Source: Perkinsus olseni (lineage: Eukaryota). Taken from it: a DNA stretch of 64,000 nucleotides. Below are positions 1 to 11,100 of this stretch, one piece after another; within the stretch, counting starts at the first letter, position 1, and each line of letters begins with the position of its first letter. The position numbers and the translations under genes were made by a program. The notes beneath the pieces were generated by a model. That model did not search any database. It was not told where the DNA came from and worked only from the letters and a program-made list of their open reading frames with translations. The DNA is taken from assembly GCA_013115125.1 (NCBI GenBank), contig JABANN010000100.1, forward strand, positions 1 through 64,000. The letters are read 5' to 3'.

Positions 1-23
1 CCTCAGCAGTGGACTGCAGCTGA

Positions 24-78
24 TCGATAAATCTCGAAGTTGCATCTCCCCGGGAGATGCAACTTCGAGATTTATCGA
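24..78. repeat. Perfect palindrome, 27-bp arms with a 1-nt spacer
   Basis: TCGATAAATCTCGAAGTTGCATCTCCC (24-50), C, then its exact reverse complement (52-78). Confidence 0.95.
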
Positions 79-1207
79 CTTTATCGACTGGAGATTCTCC
101 CGTGTCGCCACCGATGGGCTCATCACATACGGTGACACTGTGGCGATGGTCTCAGCAAATCCTGCATTCTCCTCCATCACTCCTGAACTCATACGATCTG
201 CTTTCATAGTGGGGAAGGAAGAGCAAGCGCCTGCAATGCTGCCTTCGAAGGCCAGCATCGAGTTGGATCCATTGTTAAGCCGACTTCTCATCATCGTAGC
301 TACCAATGTAAGAGTGGCAGCAACTCCTCCTCTCTCCTGTTCTCTCTCTCCCGCACTGCCTGCTGAACCGGTTTTTATTCGAGGTTCAACGTCACACGAG
401 TGGGGATTTTCTCCTGCGCATCAGGGCAGTCATGCGGCGCTTCCAGGGTGTCTGAAAAGTACTCCCGAAATCGCCGAAAGTTTCCGAAGAATCTTACCCG
501 GAATTTTTCAGGAAATTTCCGAAAGTTTCTGAAACTTGCGAAAAACGGCATCTATGCCGTTTCAGATGCTCCCAGCCAGATCCAACTTGGACCGTCCAAG
601 ACATTCTCGGCTCTCGGTGAGAGCCTCTTGCGAACGCCGATAGGAATCCGGAACCGAAGGCTCCGTTCGGAGTAGTAGGAACAAAGCCTGCGACTCTGGG
701 CATTCAGAGGCCTTGCGGAAAGGAACGTTTCAGTCGTCTAAAGAAGACACTCCACAATGCTTCTGCGAGAGTTGCGCATTAGTGAACATTCTGGTTTGGG
801 CGGAAAAGTGAAATCTCTTCACTTTCGAAAAGTCCCTTCAGGAAACTTTCCGAAAAAATCTAGCTCCCGGAAAAAGAAAAAGCAAACTTTTCCTGGAAAC
901 CTTCTACGAAAGTTTCCGCGGAAAGATTCTCAGTGGCTGGGCTCAGTCACCCTGGGCGCTTTCGTACAGGTAGTCAAATGGCGGCAGAAAGGGGCGGCGG
1001 CACATCGAGATCCGTCATGGAAGCTCAGCCTCGAGCTAGATGCGTTACTCTTTCGCCGACTGCTGATCAGGAACATCTTCGCTTTTGCGTCCACTCGCAT
1101 TCTTATGTCTCAAAGATGTACCCGCCGGACACTCAGTCCATTGCGTTGGTCGGAGGCCTTCATTACAGCAACTTTGTTATCTCTCCATTGACCCTCTCAA
1201 CGAGGCA

Positions 1208-1720
1208 ATGTTCCCTCCTCCCTCCGCCAGTCCCGACGATCGAGTTGACCTCCGGTCGAAGCTACGTCGATACTCGACCATCATCATACCAGTAGGGATC
1301 TTCTTCTGGGCGTGGTAACGCACAACGTCCCCTTGAGAGATCCTTATCAATTTCGTCCTTAGGGCCCTCCTCAATGTCCTATCCGGAGAGGTCCCCTTCG
1401 ACCTCGGCCTGGTCAGCTTCGCTTTGATAATTCTCACTGGAGTTGTCGGGGCCGCGGGTGATCAGCAATGGTACCCTCCTCGTAGCCGTTGCGAGTCCCC
1501 CATCTATCATTTCAGGACCCACCAGAAGGCTCGGCGGTATCGCCTCCTGATTTACCTCTCCCATGGCTTCCTCTCCTTCAACTACCTCCTGGGGGTCATC
1601 ATCGGCCGATCTCGTCTCGGTTTTGCGATCTACTGCGCTGCCTTCACGGTCATCTGGTGTGTCCTCATGATTGTCGTGGGAAGGATGGCGAGGGAGTATG
1701 AAAGATCTCTCGAGACCTGA
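1208..1720 (+). CDS. Small multi-pass membrane protein, 3 exons
   Basis: MFPPPSASPDD...IFFWAW, GT-AG intron 1315-1362, then ALLNVLSGEVPFDLGLVSFALIILTG..., and a probable second intron. About 4 hydrophobic segments; ends ...YERSLET*. Confidence 0.65.
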
Positions 1721-1759
1721 ACGTTTCATTTCACTCGTCTCCGAGTTTTGGTTGAAAGA

Positions 1760-1832
1760 TGACATGTGCAGGGATCGAACCGGGGACCTTTCGGTTCTAG
1801 TTGGAGCCTTACTGCCAGTTCGCTATGGCAAC
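1760..1832 (-). pseudogene. Full-length tRNA-like ghost element (73 nt), overlapping the eIF4E start codon in antisense
   Basis: GTTGCCA TA GCGA ACTGGCAG TAAG G CTCCA ACTAGAA CCGAA AGGTC CCCGG TTCGATC CCTGC ACATGTC A. Canonical 73-nt register with A-box and B-box; stems do not pair. Confidence 0.75.
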
Positions 1833-2915
1833 TACGACAGACTCCTCGTCAATTGCCTCTGACGATCCCTCTGGCGTCCCCTTCTTCTCGCTCGCTGATG
1901 AAGACTTCACCAGCAAGCTGCTAGAGGTCGCAGCAGATCAGGACATTCAAGACCAAATGCTCCAGTAGTTGCGATTGGAGTGGTATGCAGTATCACGCAC
2001 GTCCTCAGGCAAAAATGGGTTTTGTGGGAGCAGCTTCAGGCCAATCAGAAGACAAGCCCAGCTGACTGGAAGGATCTTTCTCGCTCCGTAAGATCTCTCA
2101 TGTTACCCATCATCACCCTCCTTCAACCTCAGATATGCGCCTTTGAAACCGTCGGAGAATTCTGGAGATACTGGCGTCACGTCCCTCAGCCCAGCGAGCT
2201 CTTCTCTGAGCCGGCAGGCTGCCGATTCGTTCGGGAGGGGTCGGGCGGAGGGCTCCGGGTCGTCGAAAGTGAGTGAGAGTCTGGCTGTGGTGTGGACTCC
2301 CGATCGGTCCAGCTAGGTATGATGATATTCCGTGATGGTGTGACGCCGGAGTGGGAGCATCCCCTCAACGCTGTTGGTGGACATCTTCAATTCTCCTTGT
2401 CGCCTCATATCGGTGCCAAGCAGATTGACGAGTAAGCCTACCTTACTTCTTCTATCCGTTATAATGAATCAACAACAACAATAAACTTTCAGTGGTTATT
2501 TCGTCCGTCAGAATATCGTATCTTTGGCCATGCTCTGTAGGTACTGGAATAACCTCGTCCTTGCAGTCGTCGGAGGATCCTTCGCCCCGCAGGATATGGT
2601 CACCGGCCTTCGTCTATGCGACAAGCTGTGATAAGCAGCCTCTTGTCTCCCCTCTTCATCACCATAAAAACTCTCTCAGATTCTCCAAGCGCGGCGGGCC
2701 CAGCCATCAAGGATGCGTCCGTATCGAGCTGTGGTTCACAGAGGCCTCCGATGAGGGTAAGGTCGAGGCTCTGTGCAGCTCCGTGGAGAAGTGCATGATC
2801 ACTCGTCTCGACGGTAAGGCTTCCTCCTTGCCTCGGCCGTTCTCAGCTGGTGATAGGCACTGTGGTGGACCCTTGCCCCAAGTACGATATAAAATATCAC
2901 GGAGGCAAGCATTGA
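1825..2915 (+). CDS. eIF4E: Eukaryotic translation initiation factor 4E family protein, multi-exon
   Basis: Spliced motifs THVLRQKWVLWEQ, FETVGEFWRYWRHVPQPSELF, FRDGVTPEWEHPLNAVGG, YWNNLVLA and RIELWF match the eIF4E cap-binding fold. Confidence 0.9.
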
Positions 2916-3541
2916 AGTTGCTATCATGTTCTCAGTGGTACAAGTTGATAACACAAATATTGAAGCCAGGCGTCTCGCCTGTTGTTATTCATCATTACGC
3001 TTCATCGAAGCACGTCGTGTTGAGTTAGTGCCATACCAGAATCAGTTCCGGTGCACTTCGAAATTGGAACAGCGGCGTTGTGATGCGCCCCCTGTTCAAT
3101 AAAAGCACGTACAGAGTTGGCATTGAGTACGTTGGTTCATTGAGCACCTCTATCACAATGTTTCCTAGGGACCGTTCTACACCATCATATTCCCCCGTTC
3201 AATGAGCCAATACTGCAACTCAGAATCGGTTTTTATGCGTGAATATGGTTTTCTAAAGTTGGTTCATTGAGCACCTCCATCATCAACATCATCGTGTCTA
3301 CATCATCCCGATCGTCCAGGAGAGCCCGCGAAGGTCTATGCCATGCAGATGTCTCTGTTCTGATGCACACAATCACCCCACGACTTACACAAGGTGCATC
3401 CTGTTGAAGGTTGGTCGTGAGCGGACCTCGTTGTTCCCACAACTACTTGACTCTAACTCAACAACAAGACAAGAGATTACCGCCCTCTGCTACGTTTGTT
3501 GATGGTATTGTACGCCGGGCTCGATCGTCGTCGCCTGCCAA

Positions 3542-4455
3542 GATGCCAATACAACTCCCGAACACGAACGAACAACAGCGACTCACTTGGCTTGTTTGCG
3601 GCCTGGCATCGCTGCTAATGCTGGGGGACCACCATGGCCACTTCTGAAATGAAAGTAGCGCTCGCCCAAACGATCGATTTGGCCCTACATAGAACCCCCA
3701 GATTGTAACTCTGCAGGTTGTCGAATGGCGCTGTTGAGCTTAGCATCGATGAACTCTATCAGTTGATCAGTTTTCTGCAGACACTGAGCAGCGTCGTCCC
3801 GCGCCTTCACCGCACGCTCGGCTTTCTCCTTTTGTTTTTCGATACACCTGAGAACACACAATCATCATGGACGATCGTTTCGGTCGTCTCACGTTTCGAA
3901 GCCTTCCCGGGCATCAGCGACGCCGTTGAGTAATTTTGTGAGCTTCTTAGCTCTTGCTTCGGTTATGTACTCCCCTCCACGAGACTTTGTCTTGGACAAC
4001 CTGCCAAGATGAACTCAACTCCGTGGCGCCATTCAGCCTTACTCTTTTATTTCGCCGACAAGTTGTTGGTATCGACCCTCGGCCGTCTCTAACGATTCCC
4101 GTGCGGCGCCTCCGAGGGTTTCCATTTCTCGCAAGGAGCGTCGGAAATCTGCGAGCGCGATCATCACCACGAAGACAAACGCCGTTTATGCTCACTCGTC
4201 GGCTGCAACGGTATTTCCACCTTCTCGGTGTTGGTAGAAGCACTGGTAGGGAATTCTGTTGTCACCAGCGCCTTGGCGAGGGCCGTCATGCGATGGACGT
4301 CCTCCGACCTAAGATACTCAGATTTGGGGTCGATTCGAAACTGGGATAAGTACGTGAGAGTGACGTATGCGTCGAGTATCGCTGGGGACTGCTCCATAGA
4401 GGTTGTTAACCTGATGGAGTTTTATAAAAAAGGCGGAGCGAAGCTGCCACGGTAG
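3542..4455 (+). CDS. Possible multi-exon hypothetical protein
   Basis: Open segments 3718-3933 and 4228-4455 with plausible splice sites; no recognisable domain, and the start is uncertain. Confidence 0.3.
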
Positions 4456-4647
4456 CTTTCCTTTGCCTGCAATTGATGAACACAAGACGAGGAGAACGGA
4501 GGGGTGAATGTATAGTAATGGGTAGAGTGGAACAACGATAGACAGTAATGAACACAACACGGTTTCGACAATTATGATGTTTACGAAAGCAACTAGCATA
4601 AGAGGTGCGACTCGATACACCAGTAGGGAGGTGTACTGCTCAAACAT

Positions 4648-4689
4648 CCTTCATGCAGAAGGTCCCTGGTTCTACCCCAGCCCGTAGCA
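4648..4689 (+). pseudogene. tRNA-like 3' half, intergenic
   Basis: GCAGA AGGTC CCTGG TTCTACC CCAGC CCGTAGC A; the T-stem pairs 4/5. Confidence 0.5.
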
Positions 4690-4788
4690 TAAATTAATAA
4701 CAATAATTATTTAAATTCACCAGGGGCGCAGCAGCAGAGACCATCATAAACTAACGTACTTTCCCTTCTCTGTTTTGTCGTCACCTTC

Positions 4789-7700
4789 TCACCAGCAGGG
4801 CTGATTACCCAGGATGGCAATCTCTTGCATTCGCCACGGGAATTTAAGACCCTGAGAATGTTAATAATACCAGGTCCTTCCTAACGAATTGGCGGAGCTC
4901 GCTCAGCCAAATCTAGAAAGTGGAGTTTTTACGGCACGCGAGGGTCCCCGGTTCGAATCCCGGTCCCGGCATTCTTCCGAAGAAATGATTTTTGCGCATA
5001 ACTCACGATGGCCACCTCGTCGGGGAGCTTCGCTCATTCTCCCGAGTTGCTGAGACAAAGTGAATCCGTTCGGTGTCCGATTTGGCTTTATATACGCTTC
5101 GTTCGGAGAGAAATAATCCGTACGCACGCACACTCGAAATGCTGATCCGATTTGACATAATCAAAGCTCCGCTCGCTTGGCGATAACAACCGGCCACCCC
5201 GCGTACAGGAGTGTTTGGTTCGGGGTGTTTCTGAACAGCCATAGCGTAGAAGACTTGTCGAATATCATCGATCGCTCCTTCCACAACTTCGCCTGAACAA
5301 CAACATCACAACGACGACCACGACACTGGAGGGCGCTGATCCCTTCTTACCCTTCTCATTACGAAGGCAGTTGATCTGCTGAGTACTAAAGGTGAAGATG
5401 AAACAAGGTGAGTCGACCTCTCCGCCAGACTTGGCCCCCTTCAATTCCAAATCTTCCGGGCCCTGAACACCACAGCCGGTCGCTATACCATCCGGAGGGC
5501 TCCGCCCGACCTGTAGGATTGTGGGGTCCAAACTGAGCTTCTGATTTCTCCTCGCTTCGATGGATGCGTTAACGGCGGCAAAGGCGGCCTCTCCACAGTG
5601 GAGTTTGAGATCTTCGGCATCGCCCTGAGGCAGGAGAGGAATATCCTTCGCTGTGCGAGGCGCATCTTTTCCCTCCACCAACCTCAAGGAACCACTTGAT
5701 GAGGCTCGGCGCCACGACATTCTCAACATCCTCCACCAGTTGGGAAAGTCGGAAATGAGGATCTGTTTCCTTCATCTCCCGAATCGACTGAGCTATCTCG
5801 GTCTCGCCGAATACCCTAAAATCAGCGGGAAGAATCGTCACACGTAAAATCGCGTGTAACGAACGCAACGTGATCGAGGACTCCTCTCTCATCTTAACCA
5901 CGCCTCCTAGGAATCGCACCCGAGTTTGCCAACTCTCGAACGAGTGGTCTGTTGGCGAGAAGGGTGTTAAATGGCCGCCGATTTGTATCAGCCGTCTTGA
6001 GTATTTCTGCCGAGATGTCCTTCCGTGACGGGACGTAAAGAAAGAAATTTTCCAATTTTTTTCATCGGAATATGGAAGCTCTCCTTCTATCAATTAACAG
6101 ATGGGATGGAGCATGTAGATACTCATCAACGTCAGCGACCAACGCACGGAAGCCCAGGGTCGAGTTAAGATACTCACCTATCGAGCATCGGGTTATCGAA
6201 GAATCCACCGAGGAACTTGGAGTCCTCAGAATCACTAGTGTTGAAGCCAAACCTCTCCCAAGTAGATCGCTGCTTGTCGGACACCACCAGAGCGTTGGCG
6301 TGGGGATGCTCGGGGATGGGTTCCGCCTGATCCCAAGATGACTAGGAACTCCCGTCGGCCACGAGCCATGGGCCGAGAGTCGAAGCTCTACGAAAGCGAA
6401 GCTTGATGAGAACAATCTCTATTAATGAGGGTGAACTATGGTGAGCGACACGAATGCAATCGCAAGCTGTGACCGGCAGACCCCTGCGGAAAACGGTGTA
6501 TTCAATAATTTTTCCCGATCACAGCGGAGCGTAACATCTCCAAATTCAAGCATCGGATAACATCACGTCCGAGTCGACGTCGAAGCGCTTCTCCCGAGGA
6601 CTCACGTTGGGGTCCTCCCCGGCTGCCTCTCGGATCGCCTCGTCTTTGGCTGCTTGGCGGGCCGCCTGAGAAGATACGTCGATGGTGACAGGGAGGATGG
6701 GAGGCGCACCTCTTGTGACCGATGGAACTCCTCTTGTCGTTTGGCTGTGCCTTCCTTGCTTTCTTTAGTCATCATATTAACAAACGCTGTTGTGCGGTCG
6801 AGAGCCTGGCGGAGAAATGCACCTCGAAGGGATCGAACCCGCGACCTTGGGGATAACTACCTTCACTCCAACCTTCTTAGCACTCTCTCCTGCCGACTTC
6901 ATCCAATCAGGAACATGTACTAAAAGAAAGCTTATGACAGGCAGTCACCAAACAGTCGGCGTCCATAGTCGAAGTGACTCATCGTGCGTGGCAAAGAATC
7001 AGGAAAGACGCGCCAAAAATGAAGATACTTCTGTGAAGGCCGAACCAACGAGGAAGAAAGTTGAACAACCACAGGGTCAGCTACCCGGACCACCGAAGCC
7101 ACACAAACAACGATACCGAGACGACTACGATCGCAATCCCGAAAGAATGCCATCTGAACGTGATGCCCTAGATGCTGTCATCGACGAGCCACTGCCATTG
7201 ATACTCCTTCTCGCCGGCGCTCCCATCGACCCCCCATTACATTGGCTCAATCTCGATGGCTTGGCGGCGGCGGCGGTGCTGCCTTCCTTCGCCTCATCAG
7301 CGTGTGGCATCTGTTTCCGGAGCTCTTCAAAAAGATTCTTAGTACGCTGCCTGAGACACGCATCGCCCCGTGATAGAAATAGCCAGTACCCCTCCTCCAG
7401 TACTGTGCATTCGACATGTGCTGCCGCATCGCCTTCATCTTAGCCTCCTGCGCTTCTGCACGCGTACGCAGCTGCTCACCTGTATCAGATACCTGCGTGA
7501 TAACAACAACGTCAACGATAATCGTCACGCGCCACAAAATTAGAGCTCCAACAGCCGGCCATCCCTGACCAAGCTAAGCAACACCTCCGCTGCGCGAGGG
7601 GGGATTATTCTTATTGGAAATGATACTCAGTGGAAGACCCCGCACGATCCGCGGCCCTGTTGTTCCGAACTCCGTCACTGCGCCACGAAATTATTACTAC

Positions 7701-7994
7701 CCTCGTTTTCGTCTTGCTCATATCATCCAAGGCCTTCTTCAACTCAGGGTCGCTCTCGGCGTCTTTTCGGACTTGCTCCATGACCTGCGGAATAAAAACG
7801 CCGGAGGGAATCAAACCCACGACCTATGCCATGCGAGCCAGCCGCTCTACCTGTCGGATAAACGAGGACTCGTTTCGCCGAGGCACGACGAAGACTGGCG
7901 GCGACCGGGCGGTGCGACCAACCATTGCACTACTTGCGGCCAACTGACTTGCGAATGCCGCCGACCCAGACCTCATACAGGCCTTGCTGAGCAT
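4789..7994 (-). CDS. TIM44: Mitochondrial import inner membrane translocase subunit Tim44, multi-exon
   Basis: Basic presequence-like N-terminus MLSKACMRSG...; QVMEQVRKDAESDPELKK; VFGETEIAQSIREMKETDPHF; FSTQQINCLRNEK-GEVVEGAIDDIRQVFY; last exon GLKFPWRMQEIAILGNQPCW*. Confidence 0.88.
4930..4971 (+). pseudogene. tRNA-like 3' half, antisense in the last Tim44 intron
   Basis: GGGTC CCCGG TTCGAAT CCCGG TCCCGGC A; perfect B-box GGTTCGAATCC. Confidence 0.7.
6818..6860 (-). pseudogene. tRNA-like 3' half, sense in Tim44 intron 6806-6872
   Basis: AGGTC GCGGG TTCGATC CCTTC GAGGTGC A followed by TTTCT. Confidence 0.7.
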
Positions 7995-8155
7995 AATGGG
8001 GAGGAAAGAGAGGAAGGAGAAGGAGGGAGAAAAAACAACAACTACCAGCAGCAAGTTCCCGATACAGCCAAGGGAGAATCTTAAACAACAACTACGCCAA
8101 CTCAACCAGAGAATCTTTCAAGATACCATCAACCATGATTCGGCCGACCTCGGCT

Positions 8156-11100
8156 CTACCTCACCACCGAATGCTCTTCAGCTTCCGCAGCCCCCGCCAC
8201 GGTCTGTGAGTATTTTTCTGACACCTCTAGCTTCGCCTCGTAGGCGAGCAAGACCCATTCAAACACTACTGCCGCCGCCGGGTGAATCATAGCCACATCA
8301 GAGGAGCTCGCCATCCCTCGACCTCGAAGATTCTCTATCACTTCCTGCATCGCTCCGTCGGACTTTCCCCCGCTTTTTTCAATTTTAGGAGCATACATCG
8401 CCATCTCCAAAATGAGCTCATCGCCGAGCCCCAGGAGCTCCTGTCTGAGGGTTTGCCAGGGCAGAAGTCGGTCAACTCCCCAGAGGAGAATCGGCAGACA
8501 CGAAACGACCAAATGCACCACCGGATGGGGCCTCGGTAAAGACTTGAGTTCTCTTAGATGATGCCTCTTGACGTTGCAATTGACGGTGGATTCTACCGCG
8601 CGCCGCGAAATTGGACTGATCTCAGCGGCTGCTGCTGGGGCGAGTTTTCCCAGCGATAGCAAAAGTGGTCTCGCGGGCATCTCGGTGGCGATCGGCGGGG
8701 AGTCTTTTTGGATACTTTTGATACACTCACTCATGCACATCACAGTGAGATAAGATATTTCTGATACCTCTGAGGGTTGAATCACAGCGGGTTGCCGCCA
8801 CAGAGCGGGACAGGGGACTTTGTGTCGAAGATCCGGCCGAACTGAAAATGAAAATTTCCACCAACTAACTTGGCCACCCTTCCTACTCACTGAAGACTGC
8901 GACACTTGCAAGCACTTGCAAAACTTGCATTTTCTCCAACAGCCTCAATAACCTCTTCTTCAAAATATCCACGAGGTCATCCATAGCTTCCGCAGTGAAA
9001 TAAGATACGCTCCCTCCCTCACTACGGTGTTGGTTAGAGTAGGTTCTCCCATCGGAAGATATCGCACACCCGACTACCACCAATACCCCACTGAGAATGA
9101 CGAGAGACTCCCTCCCAGCGAAGCACGCTAAGGGAAGGCTAATGACAGCCAACCACTGGAATGAATACTTTATCGACCAGTAAGGCAGGAAGGACATCCC
9201 ACACCTTTTGCCGCCCGAAATGACGCCGTTTTCCATTAGAACATTTCCGCTAATTCCCATCACGATCCCCTCCGACAGAGAAATCAGAGCCTTCTAACCT
9301 GTCAAGATGTCCCTCCGCGGAAGCCGCCGCCAGGAGGGCCTCCGCGATGTAATCAAACGCACAGTTGGTAACCTCTTCTGAAGAACTCATCTGATCATCA
9401 CCAACTGCCCCTACAGTGACAAGGCTAAGATATCCTACTGCGCACAGCGAAGATTTCTGCCACACCCGCCAACGATCTATTCTCGATTCCCAAGCCTCTG
9501 CGTCGTAGTAAGTTCGGAGGAGCTCCGCGACCGCAGAGCCTGCCCAGGGCAAAGACAAAATAACCACGAGCCGCCAAAAATTTAATTTTCCGGCAAAAAT
9601 TTTCAGATTTTGTCCTATGAAACCGCGATATTAAGGCCCTAGCGCAAAATGCTGTGATAATGAATAATTTTTGTGAGCAACGCGAGTCAGAAGGAAAGGG
9701 TAATCTCGCCCCCTCGGCAACTCGGCATGTACTGCTGGCCAACGACATTGATGGTAACGTGTAGAAGCCGGCAAGGCGGAAGGCTGATACTACCGGGTGG
9801 TGGCAACTTGCCAATTGATGCTGACGCAGTGAGGAAGGCGGGCTCTGAGGACATATCTTAATAACTTGACAGATGCACGGGTCAACCTAAGATACCTCCC
9901 ATTAGATCCACTTTAACTCGATATCCAGTAGAACAGCAACAACAAGGAGAACACATCTGAGCATGTATGCTACATAAGCAAGAAATCATCGCATTTCTTG
10001 CAATCTTGCTCCCCCTTGACAGATTCTCTCCGCGATCGACCCCAACTCTCTATTGCCTTCGGAACCCAACGCCCAGTTGCCACCCACACAAGCGTCGTCC
10101 AGAAAATTACCCTCCGAAAAATTTTCAGGTGGAAAATTTCCGCTTTTTACTACATTTTTCAAGAATATTCCGCAAAATTTCTCCTCCACGCTGCCCAACC
10201 GCCCCCACAGCTCGCACCTGATATTACTAGTTTCCCGAAAAACGTCACGCGCCACAAAATTACCGGAATTGAAGATCTTCTGCCTCTCGCCAGGGCCGAC
10301 CCGAAGATACCATATCCAACAACATCCAAGAATCTTTGCAAGCCGTCATTGCCAAGTTGATTATTATCAAAGCAAACACGGTCGATGGCCGCGGCCCCTC
10401 CCTCATCCTCAGCCAGCATCAGCAGCTGAACCTGCCTACTGTGATGACGGGAGGTAGCACAGAGGGCAATGCCTTAATCAACTATACACCATCACTATTG
10501 GGGAGCTTTCTTGCCACCCCACGGTAACGCGATCTGATATTCATCATGTCCCCTCCATCGACCTATTCTCTGCCATGCGCCGACGCTGGGTTTGATGTAA
10601 CTACTCTCTCGATGGTTATTGTATACACCAATGTGCATACCACTCCACCTCCAACTTCCCAACAAATGCTACGTAACACCCCCTGATACACCACCGACTA
10701 ACACTCAGTACCGAATCTACACTACGAGGTTTACCATCACTGATGAGCTACACGCCAACGCCATCCGATAAACGCCTCCGAGGTCGCCTCTACCCGCACT
10801 ACCATGCTGCCGAGTATTTGCCTCTACCCGCACTACCATGCTGCCGAGTATTTCTCCACCCTCAGCTCCGAGGATTCCACAACGAGCCACATTGAGATGA
10901 TGCAGACGAGGCAAGGACGAGTCCTCCGCTGATCGAGAGGTTGTCGATCTACTCTGACACACCTTGAGCCGACCTGCCAATCAACACCGTTTGGCCCAGT
11001 GGTAGAGTGCTCAGCTGCCATCACATGGAACCCGAGTTCCATCCTACCTATTATCTCTTTAAATGCATTATTTCCCATCTCGCTATTGTCGCTCAGGTCC

